From Gracilinanus agilis (taxonomy: Eukaryota): DNA of 64,000 nt. Below the pieces are notes generated by a model. The model was given only the letters and a program-made list of their open reading frames with translations, was not told the DNA's origin and searched no databases. Where the stretch lies: the NCBI RefSeq assembly GCF_016433145.1, contig NC_058135.1:279587261-279651260 (forward strand). The letters run 5' to 3'. The position numbers and the translations under genes were made by a program. Below are positions 50,601-61,880 of this stretch, piece by piece (the first letter of the stretch is position 1; every line of letters begins with the position of its first letter).

Positions 50601-51733
50601 ACGGACCATGTTTAATCCTGGAAAGTAATCTGCAAAAAAAAAAAAAAAAAAAGATTTTTCTCCTTTTATTAACTCATTATTGTCACAATAAAAATCTGTT
50701 ATAAAGAGAAACTGAGGCACAAATATCTGAGCAAAATCTGTTTATTAGCAAGGCTAGCAATTGCCAATAAAAGAGATCCAAAGCTCCTTTGTCTCCAAGA
50801 TCCAATTGTATCTGAAAGTTAGGGCAGCTCTTATATAGTTGGCTATGCAAGACACTAATTGATGATGTTATGGTGATGCAAACTAAATTAAAACTGTGAT
50901 TGGTCATGCAGAGATGAAGGGTTGCTTGTCGTGGCTCAGAGAGGGGATTTCCATATGCCCAAGAAACTGGAAAAACACAAAGCTGACTCACATTTCCTGG
51001 AAAGTCTCATGGTAGACAAACATCCAGGAACCAGATTAACTCATCTCCCATCATGGTCAGCAGTGGCTCTCAGATTTGAGTCTTTGTGGTTTCTCTTTAT
51101 CTCATAAGAGCAGAGAAATTAAACTCTTGCAAATTTTACCAATGAGTCCTATACAATTACATAAATTATATAACATACAATTACATTGATTACATATATA
51201 AATTACTATTTGACCCACAATTATTGATTCTAGTGATTAGATACAACTCTCAGTCAATAAGTAATAAATAATATAAAATAAAGTGATGTATCAATTTTCA
51301 ACTTCACATTACCTTCTGAATAGAGTTGTCCCTGAAAAATCAATTTACATGCCAATAAAATAGCATGTTCCCAAGTTTCTTCCAATATGGTCAAGATGGA
51401 TCTCCGGGTCCTAGAGCATAATTCAAGTTACCAATTTCTAGATTGCCTTTATTTTGTCCCTCAGGAAAGTTAAAACATGTTAAAGAAAAAAAACTCACAG
51501 AAACTCCTATTGTCACTCAGAAACACATAAAGAAATCAAAGAACCTGTTGGCTGGAATGGAATTTATTTTAGGTTGCCGTCAAGATATTACAATGATATC
51601 CCAGTGAAATATTTTACTCCCACAAGATCATTCAAAGTTCCTTCCAGACATGAATGGCCATTCTTTGATTTATATTCCTTCTTTAAGGTGGCCATACTTC
51701 AAGGATGTCTTTTGGTCAGGTCCAACCACTTCA

Positions 51734-51938
51734 TTTATTTTTTATTTTTATTTATTTATTTTTAAACCCTTAACTTCTGTGTATTGGCTCTTAGGTGGAA
51801 GAGTGGTAAGGGTGGGCAATGGGGGTCAAGTTACTTGCCCAGGGTCACACAGCTGGGAAGTGTCTGAGGCCAGATTTGAACCCAGGACCTCCCCCCTCTA
51901 GGCCTGACTCTCAATCCACTGAGCTATCCAGCTGCCCC
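51734..51938 (-). mobile_element. Young SINE1_Mdo-like element with 16-bp TSD
   Basis: TSD aggtccaaccacttca at 51718-51733 and 51939-51954. Confidence 0.93.
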
Positions 51939-52367
51939 AGGTCCAACCACTTCAAAAAAGAAATAACTGGGTTTTGAGTGTGAGCATTTAGACCATAGAA
52001 ATCAGTAAGCACAAAAACTGGGAACATAATTTATTCTTTTGTTGATCATCTGGTCTATAGAAAGTGATAGAGAAAATAAAAATGAGAACAAAATTTTAAA
52101 CTCTGTAATGTATATATATATATATTTTTTTTTTCTGTAAATCTGGTTCTCAAGTATTTAGCACACCTTTGATTTAAGAATAAGTGCCATTGCCATAACT
52201 ACATTTTCAAGAAACTCAATGACTTTGTTCTTCAAGTACTATGGTGCTCAAAAATATATATAGCTGATATCCCACTTTCTAGAGGGGATAATAGATAAAA
52301 TTGTTATATCATTTTTGTGTATTTGTGTGCATGTATATTCATATACATATTCATTCTCAAAATCTTT

Positions 52368-52562
52368 TTTTTAAACCTTATCTTCCATCTTAGAATTAAT
52401 ACTAGGTATTGGTTCTAAGGCAGAAGAGTGGTAAGGGTGGGCAATGGAGGTCAAGTGACTTGCTCAGGGTCACACAGCTAGGAAGTGTCTGAGTCCAAAT
52501 TTGAATCCATGACCTCCCATCTCTGGGCTTGACTTTCAATCCACTGAGCCACCCAGTTGCCC
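52368..52562 (-). mobile_element. SINE1_Mdo-like element
   Basis: Imperfect TSD ttcattctcaaaatctt / ttcatcctaaaatctt. Confidence 0.88.
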
Positions 52563-52639
52563 TTCATCCTAAAATCTTATAAGATAGAGGAGGACACTAT
52601 TAAGGTCTATTAAATATGAGAAAACTGAGGCTTAAGGTT

Positions 52640-52940
52640 GTTGTGACCATTCAGTCATTTTTTAAAAGCAATTACATTACATTAATGAATTTATCATAAT
52701 TTAGTATAAGTACATTACTTAAATAATCATAGTGATTTATCTGTCAGTTTATCATTCAATTTGGGGTTTTTCTTGGTAAAAATACTGGAATGAATTTCCA
52801 TTTCCTTCTCTAGATCATTTTACAGATGAGGAAACGAGGACAACAGGGTTTAGGTAGTAAGTATCTGAGATGTTATTTGCACTCAGATTTTTTTTTAATT
52901 CTAGACCCAGTGCTCTATCCACTCTGCCACCTAGCTATCC
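52640..52940 (-). mobile_element. Mar1-type SINE
   Basis: ttttcttggtaaaaatactgga...tttccttctctagatcattttacagatgaggaaac. Confidence 0.7.
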
Positions 52941-53141
52941 TAGTTTACACAACATGTGGTTAAGGTTAAACAACATATAAATATGTATGGCAGAATTTTA
53001 ATATAGCCTCTCTCTCAACTCCTAAGCTTTTTACTACATGTTGTTGCCTCTAAATGGGTGAATTATATGTCTGTTTTCCTAGGAAAAATAGCCTGACTTG
53101 TGGCTTGGATTTTAGAGAAAAGAAGATGCATATTGGATTTT

Positions 53142-54098
53142 CTAAGGAAAAGGATAATCTAGTTGAAGCCTTTGTCTCCTCACGGCCTTACTAAAAGCAT
53201 TTTTTACCTCTTTATTTCTTAGACTATAGATCAAAGGGTTCAACATGGGAATGACCATAGTGTAGAATACTGACACCATTTTGTCTGAGTCCATTGAATG
53301 GTTTGAGCTTGGCTGGAAGTACATGAAGATGATTGTCCCATAAAAAATGGACACGGCTGTGAGGTGGGAAGCACAAGTAGAAAAGGCTTTCTGGAATCCT
53401 TCAGCAGAACGTATCTTGAGGATGGTGATGAAGATTAACAAATAAGAGGTGAAGATGACAAGAAATGGGAAAAAAGCACTTAACAACCCTGAGATAAAGA
53501 CAACTAACTCGGTGATGTGAATATCAGAGCAAGAGAGAACTAGGAGAGGGGGAAGATCACAGAAAAAATGATGGACCACATTGGACCTGCAGAAGGAAAG
53601 GCTAAAAGTGTTTCCAGTAACAATGGAGGAGTTTAGAAAGCCACATATGTAAGCCCCACTGACCAAATATGCACATACTGTTGAAGTCATGGTAGTGGTA
53701 TAATGTAGGGGCTTACACACAGCTGCATGGCGATCATAGGCCATTGAGGCTAAGAGGAAACTTTCAGTAGTAGCAAAGGCCCCAAAGAAGAACAACTGTG
53801 AAGCACATCCATTATAGGAGATGATCTTGTCCCCTGTGAGGAGTCCAGCCATCACCTTGGGAGTGACAGCAGAGGAGTAGCCAAAATCCACCAGAGAGAG
53901 GTTACTGAGGAAATAGTACATGGGAGTATGGAGATGGGAATCACAGGAGATCAAGACTACCATGCCCAGGTTCCCCACCACGGTGATGAGGTAGATGAGG
54001 ATCACCATTATAAAAAGAGGAATCTGAAGCCCTGGCACATCAGTTAATCCTACCAGGATGAACTCGTTCATCTCAGATTTGTTCTCCATTGATGTCAT
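53142..54098 (-). CDS. OR5B12-like: Olfactory receptor OR5B12-like, 318 aa, intact ORF
   Basis: [66 protein letters not shown]; sequon NKS. Confidence 0.96.
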   Translation of the reverse strand: MTSMENKSEMNEFILVGLTDVPGLQIPLFIMVILIYLITVVGNLGMVVLISCDSHLHTPMYYFLSNLSLVDFGYSSAVTPKVMAGLLTGDKIISYNGCASQLFFFGAFATTESFLLASMAYDRHAAVCKPLHYTTTMTSTVCAYLVSGAYICGFLNSSIVTGNTFSLSFCRSNVVHHFFCDLPPLLVLSCSDIHITELVVFISGLLSAFFPFLVIFTSYLLIFITILKIRSAEGFQKAFSTCASHLTAVSIFYGTIIFMYFQPSSNHSMDSDKMVSVFYTMVIPMLNPLIYSLRNKEVKNAFSKAVRRQRLQLDYPFP

Positions 54099-54140
54099 TT
54101 GTAAGTGATGTCATTTATCTGCAACAAAAAAGAAACAATC
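54073..54140 (-). promoter_or_regulatory. Splice acceptor plus overlapping 13-codon uORF (ATG at 54114, TGA at 54073-54075)
   Basis: tttcttttttgttgcag|ataaATG; CAG at 54121-54119. Confidence 0.7.
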
Positions 54141-55241
54141 CCAACATCAAATCTATATGATGTAGCCTTCAGAGACATAAAATGTGCTCAAAGACATATC
54201 TTCTGTGAGGGCTAGAAATAAGGAATTAAGGGGCTAAGACTTAAAGGAGTTGTCATAGCAGTTACTCAAAATCCTCAGAATTCACTGATCCAGGAGATCC
54301 AGGAGAGTCCCTCCTTTGTCAATATAATAGAAACATAACACTCCCCAAAGTGTCTTTTCCTATTTCAGGAAAGGGAAATGCCTTATTTTCTGACCAAAAA
54401 TCAGCTTAAGAATGGGGCTTATTATTGCTAAGGGTTTTCTTATGAATAGAAATATTCTTCACTATGATGAAGAAGAAAGAAAAGAGGAATAAAGAAGAAG
54501 AGAGAAGAACAAAATGGAAGGAAAGTTAAACACTGAGGGAAGAGAGAAGAGGATTAAAGAAAGTTGGCTAAGGTTTCAGAGGAATCCTGCTTAGTCTTGT
54601 AATTATTATAGCTGTAAGGTCTACAGAATGACTGGAAGTCACCAGTTTCTGAATAGCAACAGCTGCCAATGAACATCAGATACATACTTATGGGAGGCAT
54701 TTCACAAAAAGACCCCTGGTGGATCACTTAACTATAAATGTATGACTTCTGAATTTGTTTCCCTCACATAGCCTATACCTTTTTTCAATTTCCCATCACT
54801 ACTACTGTGGAAGCAGAAGGTGGCCTCAAAGAGGGACATTTTGTCCTTTCATTCTATAAAGGGTTTTATGAGGCCCAGAGAAATTCCCAGTTTGGGGATT
54901 AACTTCAAGTTTAAGCTAAAATTCCACTCAACGAAGCCTTTCTTGATTCATCTCAGTCCCAGTGCCTTCCCCCTTTTGAATATCTCTAATCTATCCTGCA
55001 TAGAGCCTGTTTGTACATAGTTATATGTATATTGCCTGGAAATTATGAGCTCTTGAGGGGCAGGGACTGTTGTAACTTCTCGTTAGTTTTATTATTAGTA
55101 ATAATAGTTACTTCATAAATGTTTACTGACTCACTGATTGACCAGTGACAATCCTTCCTCTCTGAACTGAACTATGATGGCATTTGGACATCAGACAAAT
55201 TCATAGTTCATCCCCAGGCTCCATTATAAACTTTTAGAACT

Positions 55242-56378
55242 TGTAGTGTGGGCTGACAGATAGTAGAGGGTAGTAATAGGAATGGGATCCTCATACACTG
55301 AAATCTTGTATTTCTCAGTAGTTAGCACTAATTGAACAACAATTGCAAAACCTATAGTTTCAGCATTATTCAAGCATGAATTATAGATTATTCCATTGTC
55401 CACTTATAAGGATAAAAAATAATAAAGGCTGAGCAAAATATATATATTAGTATTTTAATTAAAGCCATGCTGATAGATGAAATCATTAGACCACGGGCTT
55501 GTAAGAATTCAAAACTGCCGCTCAGCCATTATTACCTCGCGTCTCTTCCTGAGTCTGCTGGCCAAGAGGCCACTCCCCCCTAACCCAGGAGATTTAAACT
55601 GTTCTGTGTGGAGACGTAGGCGTTCCCACGCCCAAAGAACCGGAAACGGAAATCTGTTGGACCATGGGAAATGTAGTTTGATAATTTCCACGTGTCCATA
55701 GAAAATATATATACTTTTAGATGGCATCTCCCAAATTTCACTTTTACACACTCTATGTACTAGATCTGTAACAATCTATACTAACCATCAACTTTGTATG
55801 CTTATATTATCCTTAGAAATAATTATTTAACCTATACTCATCTTCCAATGTTCCTTCCCTATATTCACATTCTGGAAGGACAGCAAGACTTTTCCCTGAC
55901 AAATGATGACAAGATGGGCAATGGAGGAAATGGAACCTGTTCATTGGGGACTCTGGCACTTCAGAAGGATCCCTCAATCTTGTGCATTCTCTTCATCCCC
56001 TATGGCAACAAACTCCCAAACATACTTCCACCTGAGTTTAGAAAGGGAAATGCCAGGCTACCAGACCCCAGTAAATATGCCAACCCTGATTCACAGAGTG
56101 TGGTAGTTCCACTCCTCAGAGGAAGCTGCCACCTCATAGTGGAGTTGCTATTGCATGCTTTCACGCTCCAAAGAGGCTACTCTACTAGCCCCAGAGCTTA
56201 TCAATGGGTCACAAGGCTACCTCGTTAGTGCTCAGACTATTCCATCTACTATTATACCACCAAAACCAAAAATTTTACTTCAAGTAAAATTATTTTCTTA
56301 GTTCTGGATTGAATGGAGTTTGAGTTTCCCATCCTTGGAATCAGATCCTTCTATAAAGTTGGGTGTGTTTCTCCCACA
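55242..56378 (-). mobile_element. LTR-type insertion (possibly nested) with CpG-rich core at about 55397-55773
   Basis: Absent from the paralogous site near 42990; TG..CA ends; core shows reverse ATTAAA, CCGGAA motifs and ACTACATTTCCCA; TSD unclear. Confidence 0.6.
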
Positions 56379-56500
56379 TCACTTGGAAGGATCTTGTCAT
56401 ATTTATCCTTCATTCACTTGGCCTTGGAGTACTTAGTTTTGGTTCTACCAGCATGAACCACTAAAAGAAAATTTTCACAGTAGTTAAAAGTACGTTGCCA

Positions 56501-57487
56501 GGAACTAAATCAACTATACAAAAAATCAAGCCATTCCACAACTGCTAAATAGGCAAGGGACATGAATAGGCAGTTGTCAGATAAAGAAATCAAAACTACC
56601 ACTAAGCACGTGAAAAACTGTTCTAAATCTCTCATAATTAGAGAAATGCAAATCAAAACATCTCTGAGGTACCACTCCACACCTAGCATATTGATTAATA
56701 TGACAGCAAAGGAAAGTAATAAATGTTGGAGGGGATGTGGCAAAATTGGGACAGTAATACATTGCTGGTGGAGTTGTGAATTGATCTAAACACTCTGGAA
56801 GAAAATTTGGAATTATGCTCAAAGGGCTTTAAAAGACTCCCTGCCCTTTGATCCAGTCATACCACTGCTGGGGTTGTACTCCAAGGAGACAATAAGGAAA
56901 AAGACTTGTGAAAATATTTATAACTGCACTTTTTGTGGAGGCAAAAAATTTGGAAATGAGGAGGTTTCCATCAATTGGGGAATGACTGAACAAATTGTGA
57001 TTTCTGTTGGTGATAGAATACTACTGTACTCAAAGGAATAATGAACTGCAGGAATTCCATGTGAACTGGAATTGATGCAGAGTGAAAGGAGCAGAATCAG
57101 GAGAACCTTCTACACAGAAAAGGATACAATCTCATGTAATGGTCTTCTCTACTAGCAGCAATACAATGTTCCAGGACAATCCTGAGGGACTTATGAGAAA
57201 GAATGCTATCCACATTCAGAAGAAGAACTGTGGAAGTAGAAACATAGAAGAAAAACAACTGCTTGATCACATGGTTTGATGGGGATATGATTGGGGATGT
57301 AGACTCTAGACAATCACTGTAGTGAAACTATCAATAATATGGAAAAAGTCTTGATCAATGATACATGTAAAACCCAGTTGAATTGTCCATTGGCTATGGA
57401 AAGGGAGTAAGAAGAGCAGAGGGAAAGAACATAAATCATGTAGCCATGGAAAAATATTATAAATTAATTAATGAAATAAAATTTTTT
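56501..57487 (+). mobile_element. 5'-truncated L1 (ORF2 C-terminus + 3' UTR)
   Basis: Translates to SLIIREMQIKTSLRYHSTP...KCWRGCGKIGTVIHCWW; degenerate TSD aaaagta(c/g)g..; empty site at 43098-43112. Confidence 0.92.
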
Positions 57488-58019
57488 AAAAGTAGGCTAT
57501 CACATGCTATCTATAACAAATTTTATCTTAAAAAAATAAAAAACAGAATAAGAGAATTTCAAGTCAATAGAGTTCCTCAGAGAAGTCACAACTGACCAGA
57601 ATTCATTTCTATAAAAGTCTCCAAAAAAGGCATATAGGAGTGAAAAGGATCTGGTTTTGTGGGAAGAATCAAACATAGAAAAAAGATATATTATTCTAGT
57701 AGTCTAATGGGTTCCCTAAGGAATTATGCCTAACAAGCAAGATGAACTAGAATCTCTAATATATGAAAACAAATCTGGCTGCCAACATGTCACATAGAAA
57801 TGAGGGATGGAACTCATAACATGAATATGGTTCTGGAAAGCTTTCTCTCTCAAACCAATGAAATGGGATAGATAACAGCAGGCTGTTATAATTTTTCAAT
57901 TGAGAAAAAAAATTACATAAGGAAATCCAGGAATTCTCAGAGTGAGGAAACCTTGTGGAAAATATTAATACTGTTAGCATTTTACTGACCAGAGACAACA
58001 ATTATTTGGGCATCTCCTA

Positions 58020-58230
58020 GAATGTTCTCTCATTCTGTTTCTCTCATTCTTTCTTTGTCTCTGTGTCTCTGTTTTTCTCTCCATGTATATTTTTCTGCCT
58101 CTGTATGTGATTGGATCTTTGTTTGTTTTTCTCTCTGTTTGTATTTGTTTTTCACTTTGCCTACCTATTTCTCTCTGTCTCTGTCTGTCTGTCTCTCATC
58201 TAACCACCTATGTATCTCTATATCTCTCTC
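58020..58230. repeat. CT-rich tract, paralogous position to 43700-43950 and 20460-20745
   Basis: Shared flanks attatttgggca...agaatgttct and tctcaaagaaca. Confidence 0.75.
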
Positions 58231-58509
58231 CTCAAAGAACAGTTTAGGGTCACACAGCTCTTTTTTCCCCCAAAGTGGCTAAGGTGAGTCTTTTAAGTAA
58301 AGGCAATACAAATATTTAGAACTATCTTATGCACTATTAGAGAAGCAGAAGAAAATCTATTTTTGCAACTAACTAAAATTAAAAAAAAAGTTTTCCTTTA
58401 CCATCATAGGAACTACACTAAATAGAATACAAGCAACTCCTTTGTTATAAAAAATATTAGTTGCATAAATTGTACTCAAACCATTTTAGTGATTATTACT
58501 ACATAAATA

Positions 58510-60150
58510 AAATAGGGGCAGACAGTGTTTAGTTTTTTCAGTCCTGTGTGACTTTTTGTGATGTCATTCAGAATTTTTTTGACAAAAATAATCCGGTGTC
58601 TTATTTCATTCTCCAGCCCATTTTATGGATGATTAAACTGAGACAAAGAGGTTAAATGACCTCTACAGGATCAAATAGCTAGTTCATTCAGATCTGAACT
58701 CATTTTCATGACTGCAGGAACAGGGATCTCTATAGTTCTGTCTAGCTGTCTCTCCTTTGCTGTTATTCAGCTGCTTTAGTCATATCTTTATGATGCTATT
58801 TGGGTTTTTTGTTTGTTTGTTGTTGTTTTTTTTTTTTGTGGCAAGAATACAGGAATGGTTTTACATTTCCTTCTCCAGCACATTTTATAGATGAGGACCT
58901 GAGGCAAAGAGAGTTTAGAGTTTAGTGATTTGCCCAGAGTCACAAAACTAGAGTGTCTGAGGCTAAATTTAAATGCAGGAAGATGAGTCTTCCACATTCC
59001 AGGCTCCTATTTCACTTAGCTGCCCTTGTGTAGACATAGTTTTTTGACCATCCTTCTCAATGATGTAATTCATGGTGGGGCTGTTTGAGTTCCCACATCG
59101 AGAGAGAGTCTTTCTTACTTGGTAGGACAAATAGGATGATTTATTTTTTTGCTCAGAAATACTCAAGTGTTGCTGTTTGGGAAAGGGAACTTCATTAGGA
59201 GTCCAAAGACTTGAGTTCTAATCTTGCTTGAATTTACGCTAATTTCCTCTGTGATTGCACAGAATCTAATCAATCCTTCTGTGCCTCTGTCTCATCACTT
59301 GGAAAAAAGGAATAATAATTTCTTCTGGTTAGGAGTCATGCAGAAAGTGTTTTCCATGAATCAAGGGTTCATACATAAGAGTATCATGGATAAATGGGTG
59401 TTCTGAGAAAAACAAAGAAGAGAATGGAGGATAGAGGTGCTACTACATTACAAAGTACTAGTGTGGCCATGTGGTATAATGGATAGGGCTTGGATTTTTG
59501 AGTCAAGAAGGCATGGATTGAAATCCCACCCTCAGATCTTTATTAATAGTATATATCTGAAAAAGATCACTTAAGTCTCTCAGTCTCAAGTTAAAGAGGA
59601 GTTAATAATAGTGATATTTATTGCACACAGATATTATGAGAATCAAATGAGAAAATGAACCAAAACCTTTTTGCAAACATTTAAGTCCTTATATAAATGT
59701 GTGCAATTATTATTTTTGATGGTAAGGACTATAGCTCATCTAAACTTTGTTAACAGCCTCCTCCCTCAAAATTTAATTCAGTGCTCTGCTGAATTAATCA
59801 GCATTGCTTAATTAAATGCTCATTAGGACTGCACAGACACCCATGTGTTAAATTGCTTCTTCACTTATTGAAGGATGATGAACTTGAAAAGTCGTAAGTA
59901 GCAAATACTAACTGGTGTTTAAAGAGCACTTAGATATTTGAAAACAATTTAAATATCTGATCTTACTGGAGCCCTGAGACAATCCTGGGAAATAAGTACT
60001 GCAAGGTTTATTATGCATGTTTTATGGATAAGGAAACAGAAGTCAAGTAACTTACCCATGAGGAAACTGGGAATTAATGTCTGAGATACAGAAGGTTTTT
60101 ATCCAGCTCTTCCTGCCTCCAAGTCCAGCAGGGTTTCCACTATACCATGT
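58510..60150. mobile_element. Cluster of Mar1/MIR SINE remnants
   Basis: Several MIR/Mar cores: 58510-58760 (-), 58790-59030 (-), 59460-59720 (+), 59900-60150 (-). Confidence 0.6.
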
Positions 60151-60169
60151 TGCTGTCTATAAAAACACT

Positions 60170-60745
60170 GCAGTCTTGGATTGGATATTCTGCAACTTTC
60201 CTGGGTTGATATAAAGAAAGGTGGTTAGGACTTCAAAGAGGATGGTTAGCCAAGAACTTCATATTTAAGATTTGGCATGAAAGACACAAGCCTAGAAGCA
60301 TGTGATCCCATTGAAGAAACTCTTTACTAGTCACTGAGCCAAAGAGTTCAAAGGTTCTGAGTACCAGGGTGGTCACTCCTGGCCATTACTGCTTCAAAGA
60401 TGGCAGTATGGTTTACAACCAGCCTCCATTCAACTCCACCTCTGGAAACACAAAAGAAACTAGAGAAGAGGGATGTCTCAGGACCCACAAGCTAGTCCCA
60501 CAGCACTGGGCCCTAGAGTGGAATATTTCAATGTCAGTAGCTGAAGTTAGTAATGAGGCAGGGAATTTATGCATTTCTGGGAGCCCTGCAGTTCTTAGGA
60601 GATGGTGCTCCCTTGGAGATAGCTGGTAGCTCTGCTGCCAACTCATGAACAAATCAGTTGATTCTGCTCTGACCATGGGGGAAAACCATGAGAATACACA
60701 AAGAACATTTTCTCATGGGAACTTTGTCATTCTGAGCTTGTAAGA
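60170..60745 (-). promoter_or_regulatory. Putative promoter / first exon (block D) of the 53142-54098 OR, with mutated donor
   Basis: Collinear with block C; O/E-like ctcccttggaga at 60608-60619 and ttctcatgggaa at 60710-60721 retained; donor position reads CAG|GAAAGT (60200-60195); no TAAT at the homeodomain position. Confidence 0.62.
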
Positions 60746-61046
60746 AAAGACCTTGAAAGTCCATCAACTAAAGATGTATTTGAGTCCTGTAGCTATATGA
60801 CATTGACCAAGTCACTGAATATGTCTGTCTGAGTTTATTTCTCTTTGAATGGGTATGATAATCTTAGACCTGAACACAATCAAAGGGTTTTGGTGAAGAC
60901 CAGATATGATATGGGAAATGGGGTGCAAAAAGTCAATCTCCATCTGGTGAAGAGATCACTGACCTTGGGGAAGTTTGAGATGGAACTGGAAGTCACTGTG
61001 AAACTTTAGGCAACCTTAATATCCTCATTGGCAAAATGCAAATAAG

Positions 61047-61290
61047 CAATTAGCTGATGTAGTAGATGGAGTGCCAAGGCTGGAATTAGAAAGGCTCATC
61101 TTCCTGAGTTCAAATTTGGCTTCTGATACTTCCTAGCTGTGTGACCTTGGGCAAGTCATTTAATCCTATTTGTCTGGTTTCCCCATTTGTAAGATGAGCT
61201 AAAGAAAATCATGACAAGCTCCTGTAATATATTTGCCAAGAAAACCTCAAATGGGGTCATGAAGACTTTGACAAGAGTGAAAAATGGCAT
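61047..61290 (+). mobile_element. Mar1-type SINE
   Basis: ctcatcttcctgagttcaaatttgg...tttgccaagaaaacctcaaatggggtcatgaaga. Confidence 0.8.
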
Positions 61291-61389
61291 TGCATTCTCT
61301 CTCAGGACCATTGTGAGAACAATAACTTTTAGCTTCTAAATGATACTGTTATTATCATAAACATTACTGCTATTCTATTTTTAAAATCT

Positions 61390-61880
61390 AAGAGGTTATC
61401 TATCAATTGGGAACAACTGAACAAGTTGTAATATATGATAGTGATGAAATACTATTGTGTTATAAGAAATAACAAGTAGGAGGATTTTAGAAAAATCTGG
61501 AAAGACTTACATGAATTGATTCAAAGGGAAGTGAGCAGAACCAGAAGAACAATATACAATGGGACAGCAATATTTCAAGATGAACAATTGTGAGTGACCT
61601 AATTAATCTCAGTAATGCAGTGATCTAAGACAATCCCAGAGACTCATGATGAAAAATGCCGTGAAGTCTGAGTGCAGACTGAAATATACTATATTTCATT
61701 TTTTCCCTCCTTTTTTCACTTGAGATCTGTTCCATAAGATGACTAATATGGGGATATGTTTCACATAATTGCATATGTGAAATCAGTATCAGATTGTTTA
61801 CTCTCTTAAGGAGGGCAGAGTTCTGAGAGGGAGGGAGAGAAAGAGAGTCAGATGAAGGGAGAGAATTTGGAGTTCAAAAC
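61390..61880 (+). mobile_element. Old L1 3' end
   Basis: aatactattgtgttataagaaat...gaagtgagcagaaccagaagaacaat...gactcatgatgaaaaatgc. Confidence 0.8.

Noticed and set aside
2771-54098. DRH instead of DRY in all four intact ORs as a loss-of-function sign
   Set aside because: Shared by all intact paralogs (and His in the pseudogene), so it is a retained subfamily trait rather than decay.
55794-56228. 144-aa plus-strand ORF
   Set aside because: Lies inside the LTR-type insertion; no gag, pol or env motif or other domain recognised.
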